DNA of 63,977 nucleotides, the filler included, from Sandaracinaceae bacterium (GTDB taxonomy: Bacteria > Myxococcota_A > Polyangia > Polyangiales > JADJQN01), in assembly GCA_947483975.1 (NCBI GenBank). It is 3 parts of 3 records of this genome, joined end to end, with 100 filler letters (N's around TTAATTAATTAA, not from the genome) between each part and the next. Parts side by side here need not be neighbours in the genome. Positions count along the whole stretch, not along the records: positions 47,711 to 63,977 come from CANKOL010000082.1; 2 more parts are not named here. One strand, 5' to 3'. The first letter of the stretch is position 1, and each line of letters opens with the position of its first letter. The notes beneath the pieces are model-generated. The model was not told where the DNA came from. It was given only the letters and a program-made list of their open reading frames with translations, and searched no databases. Position numbers and translations under genes: made by a program. Of the stretch, positions 51,783-63,820 are shown piece by piece.

Positions 51783-53387
51783 TCAGAGCCCGAGGGCGCG
51801 CTTGATGAGGCGCCGCGGGAGGCCCGAGCGCAGCACGACGCCGGCCGTCAGCGCGCCCCCGAAGAGCGCCCCGGCGACCCCGCAAGACACGAGATCTTGT
51901 CCAGTGAGCAGAAGTCCTGGAATACCGGTTTCGACGCGGAGCGGCAGGCGAAAGCGCGCCGGCGTGTGGTTGAGCCCGTAGATCTCGCCGCGCGGGTGCG
52001 CCGTGAAGTGCCGCGTCGAGAGCGGCGTAGAGAGCTCCGCGTGCGCGATGTGCCCGGCGATCGACGGGCGCTGTTGGACGAGCACCTCGAGCAGGCGCTC
52101 GGACATCCGCGCCTTCCACGCCTCGTAGTCCGCGCCGCGGCGCTTCCATTGCGCGTCTTGCCAGCGCTCGACCCAGTCCATGTTCGCGAGCGTGACGAGC
52201 TCCACCGTCGCCTTGCCGGGGAAGCGCGCGGCGAAGGTCGGGTCCTTCGCCGACGGGAACGACGCGTAGACGAGCGGGATCGGCGCGTCCGGGTCGGCGA
52301 GGAAGCGCTCGAACGCGCGCTCGCGGTCGCGCTCCGGGTAGATCCAGAGGTTCGTCCCATCGAGCCCGAGCGCGCTGTCGGTCGCGTCGAGCCCGAGATA
52401 GAGCGAGAGGTGCCCCGAGGACGGCCCGACGCTGCGCAGGCGCGCGGGCATCAGCGTGCGCTCGGCGACCTCTGGATCGAGCAGGCGCCCGTAGGTGTTC
52501 GGCGCGCCGGCGTCGCTGATCACCAGCGGCGCGCGCAGCTCTCGGCCGTCCACCATCCGCACGCCGACCGCGCGGCCCTGCTCGAGCACGACGCGCTCGA
52601 CGTCGGCGCCGACGAAGACCTCGCCGCCCGCCTCCGCGATCACCGCGGCCGCGCCTGCCGCGATACGCGACGAGCCGCCAACCGGGTAGTACGCGCCGCG
52701 CAGATAGTGCCCGACGACCATCGCGTGGATCGCGAAGCTCGCGTGCCGCGGCGACAGGCCGTAGTCGCCGCACTGCGCGGTCAGCACCTCGTAGAGGTCG
52801 CCGTCGCCGACGAGCGGCCGCACGACCTCCTCGACCGTGCGATCGGAGCGGCGCAAGAACGGCGCGCGCAGCAGCGGACCGGCGAGCTTCGAGAGACCCG
52901 GCGGCAGCGCGCGGTCCGCGAAGAACGGCCCGCCGCGCTTGGTCATCGCGATCACCTCCGCGAGGTAGCGCTCGATCGCCGCGCGCTTGCCGGGGAAGCG
53001 CTCTGCGAGCGAGTCCACGAAGCGCCGCCCGCCCGCGACGAGATCGTAGCTGCGGTCCCCGAGGACCACGCGATCGTAGACCTCGGGCATGCGCGCCCAC
53101 TCGAGCGCGCCGCCCGTCACCTCGTCGAAGAGGCGCCGCACCGGCGTGCCGGGCTCGCACTGACCGATGTAGTGCACGCCGACGTCCCACTCGAAGCCCG
53201 GTCGATGGAAGGTGTGCGTGAAGCCGCCTGCCGTCGTGTGCCGCTCGAGCACGAGCACGCGCAGCCCGCCGTGCCGCGCGAGCAGCGCCGCGCTCGCGAG
53301 CCCACCGATGCCCGAGCCGATGACGATGGCGTCCCAGCGACCGTCCGGCGTCTCTTGCTTGTACGAGCGACCGAGCTTGCGCGACAT
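51783..53387 (-). CDS. Phytoene desaturase/retinol saturase family FAD oxidoreductase
   Basis: IGSGIGGL, GGFTHTF, WDVGVHY, YPVGG, STPLST, GEIYGL, TGQD. Confidence 0.88.
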   Translation of the reverse strand: MSRKLGRSYKQETPDGRWDAIVIGSGIGGLASAALLARHGGLRVLVLERHTTAGGFTHTFHRPGFEWDVGVHYIGQCEPGTPVRRLFDEVTGGALEWARMPEVYDRVVLGDRSYDLVAGGRRFVDSLAERFPGKRAAIERYLAEVIAMTKRGGPFFADRALPPGLSKLAGPLLRAPFLRRSDRTVEEVVRPLVGDGDLYEVLTAQCGDYGLSPRHASFAIHAMVVGHYLRGAYYPVGGSSRIAAGAAAVIAEAGGEVFVGADVERVVLEQGRAVGVRMVDGRELRAPLVISDAGAPNTYGRLLDPEVAERTLMPARLRSVGPSSGHLSLYLGLDATDSALGLDGTNLWIYPERDRERAFERFLADPDAPIPLVYASFPSAKDPTFAARFPGKATVELVTLANMDWVERWQDAQWKRRGADYEAWKARMSERLLEVLVQQRPSIAGHIAHAELSTPLSTRHFTAHPRGEIYGLNHTPARFRLPLRVETGIPGLLLTGQDLVSCGVAGALFGGALTAGVVLRSGLPRRLIKRALGL

Positions 53388-53502
53388 GGGCGACAGCGTG
53401 CGCACGAGCGCGCGGTCGGCGCAATCGCGCGCCCTTCAGCCTCTCTGCGGTGCGCGGCCGCCCCTAGAAACCGCCGCCCGCTTGTGGCAGAAGGCGGCAC
53501 CC

Positions 53503-55179
<1,677 letters not shown>

Positions 55180-55207
55180 CGGCGCGGCTCGCGCTACGCT
55201 GCGCGCC

Positions 55208-57175
55208 GTGTCGAAGCGCGCAGCACTCTCTCTCTTCTGTTCTCTGTGGCTCGCGTCGGCGTGCGGCGATGACGACGTCACGCCGCCGCCGTCGAGCGTG
55301 CGTCCGCTCGCGTGCGCAGGCAGCGCCGGCGTCGAGCGCGCGGCCAATGGCATCCTGCGCGCCGACTGCCCGAGCGCGCGCAGCGGCGTGCGCCTGCGTC
55401 CGTACGTGAAGCTCGACGGCGCTTGGCTCGGCGGCGCGTCGTGCACGGTCACGGGCGACGCGCTCGCGTGCCCGGCGGGCGACGCGGGCACCGTCGAGGC
55501 GCGGCTCGACGACGCGACCAACACCTTCTCCGTGCGCTTTCACGCGACGCGCGCGGTCGTCGTCGAGGGGCTCGCGCTCGAGGGCGAGGCGCGCGTCGAG
55601 GGCGCGACCTCGTGGCTCTCGAACGGCTATCAGTCGTGGTCGCAGAGCGGGATGCTGGCGCTCGCCGCGCGGCTCCCCGAGGCGGACGTCGCGACGGCGC
55701 TCGCGCAGACGGGCGACGGCGAGGTGCTGCGCGACGGCACGGCGATGTCGTGGTCGTTCACGCACGTCGGCGGCGGCGGCGGCGGCACGACGCTCGTCGC
55801 GGGCGCGCTCACGACGGCGCGGTGGAAGCCGTGGGTCGAGATCGCGCGGCAAGCAGCGGGCAGCGACGAGCTCGTCGTGCGCCTCGGGAGCGGGGGCGCG
55901 GGGGAGCGCGTCAGCGTCGCCGCGGGCGAGAGCGTGGACGGCGAGCCGTTCTACGTGGACACGGGCAGCGACGGCGAGGCGCTCTTGCGCGCGTACGCGT
56001 CGAGGCTCGAGGCGTGGCGCGACGCTGACCCGACGCCGAGCGTCGCCGAGGCTGGCTGGAACAGCTGGTACGAGCTGTGGAGCGACGTCGACGAGGGCGC
56101 CGTGCGCGCGAACGCCGCGCAGGCGAGGGCGGTCCTCGGGCCGACCGCGCCGAGTACACCGCCTTTGCGCATCGTGGTCGACGACGGCTGGGAGAGCGCG
56201 TGGGGCGACTGGACTCCCAACGACAAGTTCCCGCTCGGGCTCGACGGACTCGCGACGGAGCTCGCTGTACAAGGGCACACGATGGGCGTCTGGCTCGCGC
56301 CGTTTTGCGTCGCGGAGGGCTCGGAGACTGCGCGCTTGCATCCTGACTGGCTCGTCGTCGGCGCGTCTTACAATCACGCGATCGAGGGCGTGCAGCGCGT
56401 GCTCGACGTGACCAATCCGGCGGCGGCGGCGCACCTCGCGGAGGTGATTCGCACCCTCGTCGGCTGGGGCTATACGCTGCTCAAGATCGACTTTCTTTTC
56501 GCCGGCTCGCTCGAGGGGACGCGCGCGCGGGACGTGACCGGCATGCAGGCGCTGCACGAGGGATTGCAGATCATTCGAGATGCGGCGGGTCCCGACGTCA
56601 CGCTCGTCACCGTCGGCGCGCCGGACCTCGCGATTCTCCCTTATGCGGACGGCTGGCGCGTCGGCACGGACATCGCCGTCGAGCCGTTCGGCCCGTCGTG
56701 GCCGTTCCTCGTCACGCAGGCGCGCAACCTCGGCGCGCGCTGGCCGCTGTGTGAGCGCGTGCTCTGCGACGCGGACCCGCCGATCCTGCGCGTGCTGCCC
56801 GAGACTGAGGTCAACACCGGCGGCTGGATTCCCGCGCTCGCGGGCGGCGGGCTGTTCTTGTCGGATGATCTGCGCACGCTCGATTTGGCGCGCGTGCCGT
56901 GGGGAGTCGACGCGGAGCGCGTGAGTCTCGGCGTCTCGGGGCATCCCGCCGTGCCGCTGGATCTCTACCCGACCATGCCGCCCTCGACGCTGGCGAGCGC
57001 GTTTGGGGAACATCTGCTCGGCCGTCGACTGATGGGCACGAAGCAGGTGCCGCCGACGCGCTGGCGTCTGCCCGATGGGCGCGTCGTCCGCACGAATTGG
57101 AGCGACACGGCTACGACGATGGACGGAGTCGCCGTGCCCGCGCGCAGCGTGCGAGTCGGCGCGGCGGGGACTTGA
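55208..57175 (+). CDS. GH36/GH27-type alpha-galactosidase lipoprotein
   Basis: ASAC lipobox, GWNSW, VDDGW, GVWLAPF, LKIDF, RVGTD. Confidence 0.8.
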   Translation: MSKRAALSLFCSLWLASACGDDDVTPPPSSVRPLACAGSAGVERAANGILRADCPSARSGVRLRPYVKLDGAWLGGASCTVTGDALACPAGDAGTVEARLDDATNTFSVRFHATRAVVVEGLALEGEARVEGATSWLSNGYQSWSQSGMLALAARLPEADVATALAQTGDGEVLRDGTAMSWSFTHVGGGGGGTTLVAGALTTARWKPWVEIARQAAGSDELVVRLGSGGAGERVSVAAGESVDGEPFYVDTGSDGEALLRAYASRLEAWRDADPTPSVAEAGWNSWYELWSDVDEGAVRANAAQARAVLGPTAPSTPPLRIVVDDGWESAWGDWTPNDKFPLGLDGLATELAVQGHTMGVWLAPFCVAEGSETARLHPDWLVVGASYNHAIEGVQRVLDVTNPAAAAHLAEVIRTLVGWGYTLLKIDFLFAGSLEGTRARDVTGMQALHEGLQIIRDAAGPDVTLVTVGAPDLAILPYADGWRVGTDIAVEPFGPSWPFLVTQARNLGARWPLCERVLCDADPPILRVLPETEVNTGGWIPALAGGGLFLSDDLRTLDLARVPWGVDAERVSLGVSGHPAVPLDLYPTMPPSTLASAFGEHLLGRRLMGTKQVPPTRWRLPDGRVVRTNWSDTATTMDGVAVPARSVRVGAAGT

Positions 57176-57198
57176 GCGTCGTGCTGCGGCCAAGCTGA

Positions 57199-57698
57199 CG
57201 GCCCCAGCACGCAGCCCCGTCCGCAGCTCCCACGGCCCTCAACAGCGTCTTCCTCGAGATTGCTGGAAACGGTGCCAGCTTCTACTCGATCAACTACGAG
57301 AGGTCTTCTGGAAATTGGGGACTGCGCGGCGGAATCAGTTTTCTGCCCCGGGGTACAGCAGATACATACTGGTCGATCACGACGGCTGCCATCGTCGGGA
57401 GCTTCTACTTGGGCGAGAGCGCTCACAAGCTACAACTGGGTATCGGTGTAACGGCAAGCTATGCAAACCGCGCTCCCGAAGCGGGGTATGACTACTACGC
57501 CACGGAGATGGGCGGAATTGCTGCAACAGGAGTGATTGGATACCGATACCTTCCTGACCCTGGCGGTTTCGATTTCGGCGCCGGATGACCCCTGTCGTTG
57601 GGTTCCAGCCGGGGGTACTCGGTGTGTTCTTCAACAACTTGTTTGCAAACCTAGTGGGGTTTCTCAACGTCGGCCTACACTTCGGCTACACCTTCTAG
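57199..57698 (+). pseudogene. Frameshifted, start-less outer-membrane beta-barrel-like gene
   Basis: Manual translation: NSVFLEIAGNGASFYSINYER...GYRYLPDPGGFDFGAG* (57586-88), continuing in the -1 frame as TPVVGF...GLHFGYTF* (57698). Lower GC than the flanks. Confidence 0.7.
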
Positions 57699-57765
57699 CT
57701 GCCACCGCACTCGCGCCGTCCCTGGGCCCTGGTCGTTGCCTGAACCGACCTGATACACCCCGCTC

Positions 57766-58209
57766 GTGTCCTCGTCGCCCACCGACTATCGCAACGCCGC
57801 GCTCGAGCGACTCGGCGATGCGACGCAGCTCCAGCGGCTCGAGCGGTACCCGTTCGCCATGTACGCGGCTGGGGTCGCCGTCGAGTGCATGCTCCGCGCG
57901 TTTCGGCATCCTGACCGAGCGCACGCCGCGCACCACGACGTCGTCGCGCACTTCATCGCGTGTGACGCTGACCGTCTCGGTGAGCGCGCCCGCGCGAGGC
58001 TCCGCGGCCCTGTGAGCACGGTCCACCTGCTCTGGCTCAACAACTTCCGCTATGCGCCCGAGCAGCGCCTGCGCCAACATCTGCGGGACAGCGGCTTCTC
58101 CAGGCGCGTGACCGGGAACGCGGACGTGCTCAAGGTCGCGTGTGGTCAGGTCGTCGAGGCGGCAATTCAGATCGTGACGATAGGAGACGGACGATGGCGC
58201 AATCCCTGA
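57766..58209 (+). CDS. HEPN domain protein (putative toxin)
   Basis: ERLGDA-x2-L...Y-x2-G-x2-VECMLRA...HD...W...RY HEPN pattern. Confidence 0.65.
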   Translation: MSSSPTDYRNAALERLGDATQLQRLERYPFAMYAAGVAVECMLRAFRHPDRAHAAHHDVVAHFIACDADRLGERARARLRGPVSTVHLLWLNNFRYAPEQRLRQHLRDSGFSRRVTGNADVLKVACGQVVEAAIQIVTIGDGRWRNP

Positions 58210-58463
58210 TAGACAAGGTTCGCGAGGCGCTCGTCGAGGCAGGGGGCGAGGGGGCGCAGCTCGAGCTGGAGGTGGACGACCTCGGCAAGGTCGGGGGTAT
58301 GGTCCTCTCCGACGCGTTCGCGATGCTGTCGCCCACGGAGCGGCAGGACCACCTCTGGGCGTCGCTCGAGCAGCGGCTGAGCCCGCTCGAGCGGGCGCGC
58401 GTGACGTTCATCGTCGCTGACACGTTCGCAGAGTACGAGGCGCTGAAGCGCGCCGCAGGATAG
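58194..58463 (+). CDS. Small BolA-like/degenerate MNT-like protein (putative antitoxin)
   Basis: AGGAG RBS at 58182; 'VLSDAFAMLSPTERQDHLWASL'; overlaps the HEPN gene. Confidence 0.65.
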   Translation: MAQSLIDKVREALVEAGGEGAQLELEVDDLGKVGGMVLSDAFAMLSPTERQDHLWASLEQRLSPLERARVTFIVADTFAEYEALKRAAG

Positions 58464-58518
58464 GAGTGCGCGGGCGCTGAAGTGATGGCATGGCAGCGCC
58501 TTGAGCACCCAGCCCGCC

Positions 58519-61095
58519 ATGCTCCCGCTCCCGATCGACTCGCGCCTGCCCGAGATCGTCGCCGCCGTGCGCGCGGGGAACGTCGTGCTCGTCGCGGAGC
58601 CTGGCGCCGGCAAGACGACGCGCGTGCCTCGCGCGCTGCTCGACGCGGGCGTCGCTGGGCGCGGCGAGATCGTCGTGCTCGAGCCTCGTCGTTTGGCGAC
58701 GCGCATGGCGGCGCGCCGCGTCGCGGAGGAGCTCGGCGAGAAGCCCGGTGAGCGCGTCGGCTGGACGGTGCGCTTCGAGGAGGTGTCGAGCGCGCGCACG
58801 CGCCTGCGCTTCGTCACCGAGGGCATCTTGACGAGGCGGCTCGTCGGCGATCCGCAGCTGCGCGACGTCAGCGTCGTCGTGCTCGATGAGCTGCATGAGC
58901 GGCATTTGCACTCCGATGTTGCGCTCGCGCTCTTGCGTCGATTGCAGCTCTCGGGCGCGCGCCCTGAGCTGCGCCTCATCGCGATGAGCGCGACGCTCGA
59001 CGCCGAGCGCGTCGCGGCGTTTCTCGATGCGACGCTGCTGCGCGTCGAGGGGCGCGTGTTCCCCGTCGCGCTCGAGCATCTCGAGCGAGCGGATGAGCGG
59101 CACCTCGAGGTGCAGGTGTCCGCCGCCGTGCGCCGCGTCGTCTTGCGCGCGCAGAGCGAGCCCGCGCTCGTCGGCGATGTGCTCGTGTTCCTGCCGGGAG
59201 CCGCCGAGATCCGGCGCGCCGGGGAGGCCCTCGCGGAGTTCGCGCGCGCGCAGAACGTCGACGTCGTGCCGCTGCACGGGGACCTCTCGCCCGAGGAGCA
59301 GGACCGCGCGGTGCGGCCTGGTGCCTCGAGCGCAGGGAAACGCCCGAAGATCATCCTCTCGACCAACGTCGCGGAGAGCAGCGTGACCATCGAGGGCGTC
59401 GTCGCCGTCGTCGACTCGGGGCTCGCGCGCGTCGCCTCGCACTCGCCGTGGAGCGGGATGCCGCGCCTCGAGACGAAGAAGATCTCGCAGGCGTCCGCGA
59501 CCCAGCGCGCGGGTCGCGCGGGTCGAGTGCGCCCGGGTGTCTGCGTGCGCCTCTACACGAAGCCGGACCACGACGCGCGGCCGCTGCACGACGCGCCCGA
59601 GATTCGCCGCCTCGATCTCACCGAGACGGCGCTCGCGCTGCACGCGCTCGGCGAGCGTGATTTGGCCACATTCCCTTGGCTCGAGGCGCCGCTCCCCGCT
59701 TCGCTGCTCGCGGCCGACACGCTCCTCGCTCGCCTCGGCGCGGTCGACGAGCGCGGCGCGCTGACGCCGCTCGGCAGGAAGATGCAGCGCCTCCCTGTGC
59801 ACCCCCGCGCGGCGCGCCTCGCGCTCGAAGCGGCGGACCGCGGCGCCGGCGCGCGTGGCTGCCTCGCGGCGTCGCTGCTCGGTGAGCGCGATGTGCGTAG
59901 CTCGCAGCGCACGAGCTTCGGCGGCGGTCCACGCGGCGCCGCGCCCGACATCGACACCGTCGACTCCGATCTGCTCGCGCGCCTCGCCGACATCGAGGCG
60001 GTCGAGGCGCTCGGCGCGTCCGCGTCACGCCTGCGCGCGCACGAGCTCGATCCGATCGCGACCCAGGCTGCGCTGCGCGGTCGAGATCAGCTCGCGCGCG
60101 CGCTCGGCGTCTCGCGTCAGCCGGACCGCTCGCTCGACGACGAGGAGGACGCGCTGCTCCTCGCGACGCTCGCGGCGTTTCCCGATCGCGTCGCCAAGCG
60201 GGTCAGTCCGAACTCCGCGGACATCGTGTTTGCAGACGGCGGCGCCGCGACGCTCGCGGAGACGTGCGGAGTACGGGACGCGCAGTTCCTCGTCGCCGCC
60301 GACGCCGATGACTTCCGCGGGCGAACGCGCGTGCGCGTCGCGAGCCGAATCGAGCCCGACTGGGTGCTGGAGCTGTTCTCGGAGCGCGTGCGCGATGTGC
60401 GCGAGGCGCGCTTCGATCCGAAGACGGAGCGCGTCGAGTCGCTGACGGGCCTCGCGTATGGCGCCATCGCGCTCGACGAGTCGCGCAAAGGCAACGTGCG
60501 CACGCCCGAGGTCGCGCAGTGCTTGGCCGAGGCCGCGCTCGCGGCGGGGCTCGCGCGCTTCGTCGACGTCGACGCGCTCGCCGCGCTGCGCGCGCGCGTC
60601 GCCTTCGTCGCCGAGCACGTGCCGGGCTTCGCGACGCTCGACGACGCGGCGCTCCTCGGCGCGCTCCGAGAGGCGTGCGAAGGGCGCACGAGCTTCGCCG
60701 AATTGCGCGACGCGAACGTGCTCGACGCGATCCAGGCGCAGCTTCCGCCCGCCGACCGCGCGCGCCTCGAGAAGCTCGCGCCGAAGCGCCTGACCCTGCC
60801 CGGCGGGCGCGGCGTCAGCGTGCAATACGAGCCCGGCAAGCCGCCCTTCATCGAGTCGCGCCTGCAGGACTTCTTCGGCCTCGGCGAGGGCCCGCGCGTG
60901 CTCGATGGGCGCGTGCCCGTCGTGCTGCACTTGCTCGCGCCGAATCAGCGCGCGGTGCAGGTGACGACCGACCTCGCGGGCTTCTGGGTGCGGCACTACC
61001 CCGCGATTCGCAAGGAGTTGATGCGCAAGTATCCGCGCCACTCGTGGCCCGACGAGCCGCGCACCGCGACTCCGCCGGTGCCGAAGGGCCGCTAG
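58519..61095 (+). CDS. hrpB: ATP-dependent RNA helicase HrpB
   Basis: PGAGKTT, DELHER, MSAT, QRAGRAGR, C-terminal LLAPNQRAVQVTTDLAGFW...YPRHSWP. Confidence 0.95.
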   Translation: MLPLPIDSRLPEIVAAVRAGNVVLVAEPGAGKTTRVPRALLDAGVAGRGEIVVLEPRRLATRMAARRVAEELGEKPGERVGWTVRFEEVSSARTRLRFVTEGILTRRLVGDPQLRDVSVVVLDELHERHLHSDVALALLRRLQLSGARPELRLIAMSATLDAERVAAFLDATLLRVEGRVFPVALEHLERADERHLEVQVSAAVRRVVLRAQSEPALVGDVLVFLPGAAEIRRAGEALAEFARAQNVDVVPLHGDLSPEEQDRAVRPGASSAGKRPKIILSTNVAESSVTIEGVVAVVDSGLARVASHSPWSGMPRLETKKISQASATQRAGRAGRVRPGVCVRLYTKPDHDARPLHDAPEIRRLDLTETALALHALGERDLATFPWLEAPLPASLLAADTLLARLGAVDERGALTPLGRKMQRLPVHPRAARLALEAADRGAGARGCLAASLLGERDVRSSQRTSFGGGPRGAAPDIDTVDSDLLARLADIEAVEALGASASRLRAHELDPIATQAALRGRDQLARALGVSRQPDRSLDDEEDALLLATLAAFPDRVAKRVSPNSADIVFADGGAATLAETCGVRDAQFLVAADADDFRGRTRVRVASRIEPDWVLELFSERVRDVREARFDPKTERVESLTGLAYGAIALDESRKGNVRTPEVAQCLAEAALAAGLARFVDVDALAALRARVAFVAEHVPGFATLDDAALLGALREACEGRTSFAELRDANVLDAIQAQLPPADRARLEKLAPKRLTLPGGRGVSVQYEPGKPPFIESRLQDFFGLGEGPRVLDGRVPVVLHLLAPNQRAVQVTTDLAGFWVRHYPAIRKELMRKYPRHSWPDEPRTATPPVPKGR

Positions 61096-61140
61096 GGGGC
61101 GCCCTTGTGTCGGCCGCGCTCTGCGGTGCAGACTGAACGC

Positions 61141-61830
61141 ATGGGTCGCCGCACTCGCTTCGCTTTCATGTCGCTGATCGTCCTGCTCGGCGCGTGCACC
61201 GGGCGCCTGCTGCGCACGGGAGGCGAGGTCTCGCCCGACGCCGGCGGCGTGATCGTGCACCTCGACCTCGGCTCGACTCCGGCCGATCTCGGCTCGACTC
61301 CGGTCGACCTCGGCCCCGCGCCGCGCGACCTCGGCCCGCCGCCGCCCGTCGATCTCGGCCCGATGCCCGGCTGCGCCGGCGGTCCGCTCGCCGCGCCGAT
61401 CCCTGGCTGCGCGCCGACTCCCGTGCCCGACACCGGCGACCCGCACGCCGACTGCGTCACGCGCATCAACCAGTTTCGCTGGCAGTGCCAGTGTCTGCCG
61501 CCGCTGATGCGCTGGACCGCCGGCGAGGCGTGCGCCGACATGGACGCCGAGTACGACCAGACGCATATGACGCCGCACGCCGGCTTCGGCGCGGGCATCT
61601 GCGGCTCAGGCTACGGGCAGAACGAGTGCCCAGGCTGGCTCGGCTGGGGGAGCGTCTCCGACACCATCTCGGGCTGTCTGCAGCAGATGTGGGACGAAGG
61701 GCCGGGGGACTTCTACGGCCCCCCGGCGCACGGCCACTACATCAATATGTCGTCGACGAGCTTCTCGTCGGTCGCCTGCGGCTTCTACTCGAGCGCGGGC
61801 GGGACGACCGCCGCGCAGAACTTCCAGTAG
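61141..61830 (+). CDS. CAP/SCP-like domain lipoprotein with DLG repeats
   Basis: LGAC lipobox; INQFR...QNEC...MWDEGPG...GHYINM...VACG. Confidence 0.7.
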   Translation: MGRRTRFAFMSLIVLLGACTGRLLRTGGEVSPDAGGVIVHLDLGSTPADLGSTPVDLGPAPRDLGPPPPVDLGPMPGCAGGPLAAPIPGCAPTPVPDTGDPHADCVTRINQFRWQCQCLPPLMRWTAGEACADMDAEYDQTHMTPHAGFGAGICGSGYGQNECPGWLGWGSVSDTISGCLQQMWDEGPGDFYGPPAHGHYINMSSTSFSSVACGFYSSAGGTTAAQNFQ

Positions 61831-61865
61831 CCGCGACGCAGCCGGCGCAGAGCCGTCAATAGCCG

Positions 61866-62852
61866 CTATTTCGCGAACTCGTCAGTCGCGCGGATCAGCG
61901 CGTCGACGATGCCCGTCTCCATCGCGCTGTGTCCCGCGTCCGGAATCAGGTGCAGCGCAGCCTCGGGCCACGCCCGATGGAGCGCCCACGCGCTGTCCGC
62001 GGGGCACACCACGTCGTAGCGCCCCTGCACGATCACCCCGGGAATCCCGCGCACGCGCTCGATGTTCGCGAGCAATTCGTCGTCGCGCGTGAAGAACCCT
62101 CGGTTCACGAAGTAATGGCACTCGATGCGCGCGAACGCGAGCGCGAACTCGTCCTCACCCGTGCGCTTCACGAGCTCCGGGTCCGAGAGCAGCGTGCTCG
62201 TCGAGCCCTCCCAGATGCTCCAGGCTTTCGCCGCGGCGAGGCGACTCGGCACATCGTCGCTCGTCAACAGGCGGTGATAGGCGTGCAGCAGATCGCCGCG
62301 CTCCGCCTCGGCGATGGGGGCGAGATATCCCTCCCACGCGTCGGGGAAGAGCCGACTCGCGCCCTCTTGATAGAACCACTCGATCTCGCGCTTTCGCAGC
62401 AAGAAGATCCCGCGCAGCACGAGCTCCGTCACGCGCTCGGGGTGCTTCTCCGCGTAGGCGAGCGCGAGCGTCGAGCCCCACGAGCCGCCGAAGACCTGCC
62501 AGCGCTCGATGCCGAGGTGCGCGCGCAGCGCCTCGAGGTCGGCGACGAGGTGCCAAGTGGTGTTGTCGACGAGCGACGCGTGCGGCGTGCTCTTGCCGCA
62601 GCCGCGCTGATCGTAGAGGACGATGCGATATCTCGTCGGGTCGAAGAAGCGGCGCTGTCGCGGGTCCGTGCCGCCGCCGGGTCCGCCGTGCACGAAGACG
62701 ACGGGCTTGCCCTGTGGGTTCCCGGACTCCTCGAAGTAGAGGTCGTGCACCGCGTCGACGCGCAGCCGCCCCTGCCTGTAACACTCGACGGGCGGATACA
62801 GAGTCCGTCGCTCGCCGCTGCCTTTGTCGCTCGTCGTCTTCGGCTCGTTCAT
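61866..62852 (-). CDS. pip: Proline iminopeptidase
   Basis: HGGPGGG, DQRGCG, GGSWG, QGRYD, AGHS. Confidence 0.95.
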   Translation of the reverse strand: MNEPKTTSDKGSGERRTLYPPVECYRQGRLRVDAVHDLYFEESGNPQGKPVVFVHGGPGGGTDPRQRRFFDPTRYRIVLYDQRGCGKSTPHASLVDNTTWHLVADLEALRAHLGIERWQVFGGSWGSTLALAYAEKHPERVTELVLRGIFLLRKREIEWFYQEGASRLFPDAWEGYLAPIAEAERGDLLHAYHRLLTSDDVPSRLAAAKAWSIWEGSTSTLLSDPELVKRTGEDEFALAFARIECHYFVNRGFFTRDDELLANIERVRGIPGVIVQGRYDVVCPADSAWALHRAWPEAALHLIPDAGHSAMETGIVDALIRATDEFAK

Positions 62853-62944
62853 GGCCCGCACTCTGCCACAACGCCCCGCTCCGCCGACACCGCGTTGCGC
62901 GTGACGTTGACGGCGCTCGCCGCGGCGGTCTACCGTCGAGCCTG

Positions 62945-63820
62945 ATGCGCGCAGCCCAGGCTTCTTCGGTCCGCTCTTTCCTTCCCTTACTCCTCGCGTG
63001 CGCGCTCGGCGCAGCCTCCGCTTGCACGAAGGGCCCCGCGACGGAGCCCGTGCGCCCGCACGACGCGGCGGTCGCCGATATGCCGTCGAGCGACCTCGGG
63101 AGCGCGACGGTGTGCACGAGCACCGCGCAGTGCGACGACGGCTTCGCGTGCACCATCGACGGCTGCAGCGCGAGCGGGCAGTGCGATCACACGACGATCG
63201 ACGCGATGTGCGCCGCCGACGAGGCTTGCATCGTCGGGATGGGCTGCGTGCGCCGCGGCGCCACGGTCTGCACGACGAACGCGGAGTGCGACGACGGCAA
63301 CTTCTGCAACGGCCTTGAGCGCTGCAACGCGCGCGTCTGCCTCACGCCGCTGCCGCAGACCTGCGACGACGGCAACGCCTGCACCGTCGATCGCTGCGAC
63401 ACGGCGCTCGATCAGTGCGTGCGCTCGACGGCGCCGGGCTGCGACGCGGGCGTCGCGCCGGGCGACGGCGGGAGCGCGCGTCCCTTCGAGGCGCCGGCCG
63501 ACTACACTGGGTCGTTCCTGTTCGTGCCCGCGCAAAGCTCCGGCTGCGGCGCCGCGACCTACTCGATCAGCCGCGTGACCTTCTCGACGACGGCGACGAC
63601 GCTGACGATCCAAGGCGGCTCGTTCCCGATGACCCAAATTCCCCTGCCGACGGGCGCGTCGTTCGACGTCACCTACGTGCAGCCCGACTGCGGCACCTAT
63701 CACCTGCAGGGCACGTTCTCCGACAGCAACAGCTTCACGGCGCTGTGGACGGCGACGTTCTCGGGGAGCTGCGGCTTCTGCCCCGGTCAGAGCGCGTCGG
63801 TGATCGGAGTCCGGTCATGA
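62945..63820 (+). CDS. Cys-rich repeat lipoprotein, paralog of 46493-47610
   Basis: ASAC lipobox, CDDGFACT/CDDGNFCNG repeats, beta-rich C-terminal domain. Confidence 0.85.
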   Translation: MRAAQASSVRSFLPLLLACALGAASACTKGPATEPVRPHDAAVADMPSSDLGSATVCTSTAQCDDGFACTIDGCSASGQCDHTTIDAMCAADEACIVGMGCVRRGATVCTTNAECDDGNFCNGLERCNARVCLTPLPQTCDDGNACTVDRCDTALDQCVRSTAPGCDAGVAPGDGGSARPFEAPADYTGSFLFVPAQSSGCGAATYSISRVTFSTTATTLTIQGGSFPMTQIPLPTGASFDVTYVQPDCGTYHLQGTFSDSNSFTALWTATFSGSCGFCPGQSASVIGVRS

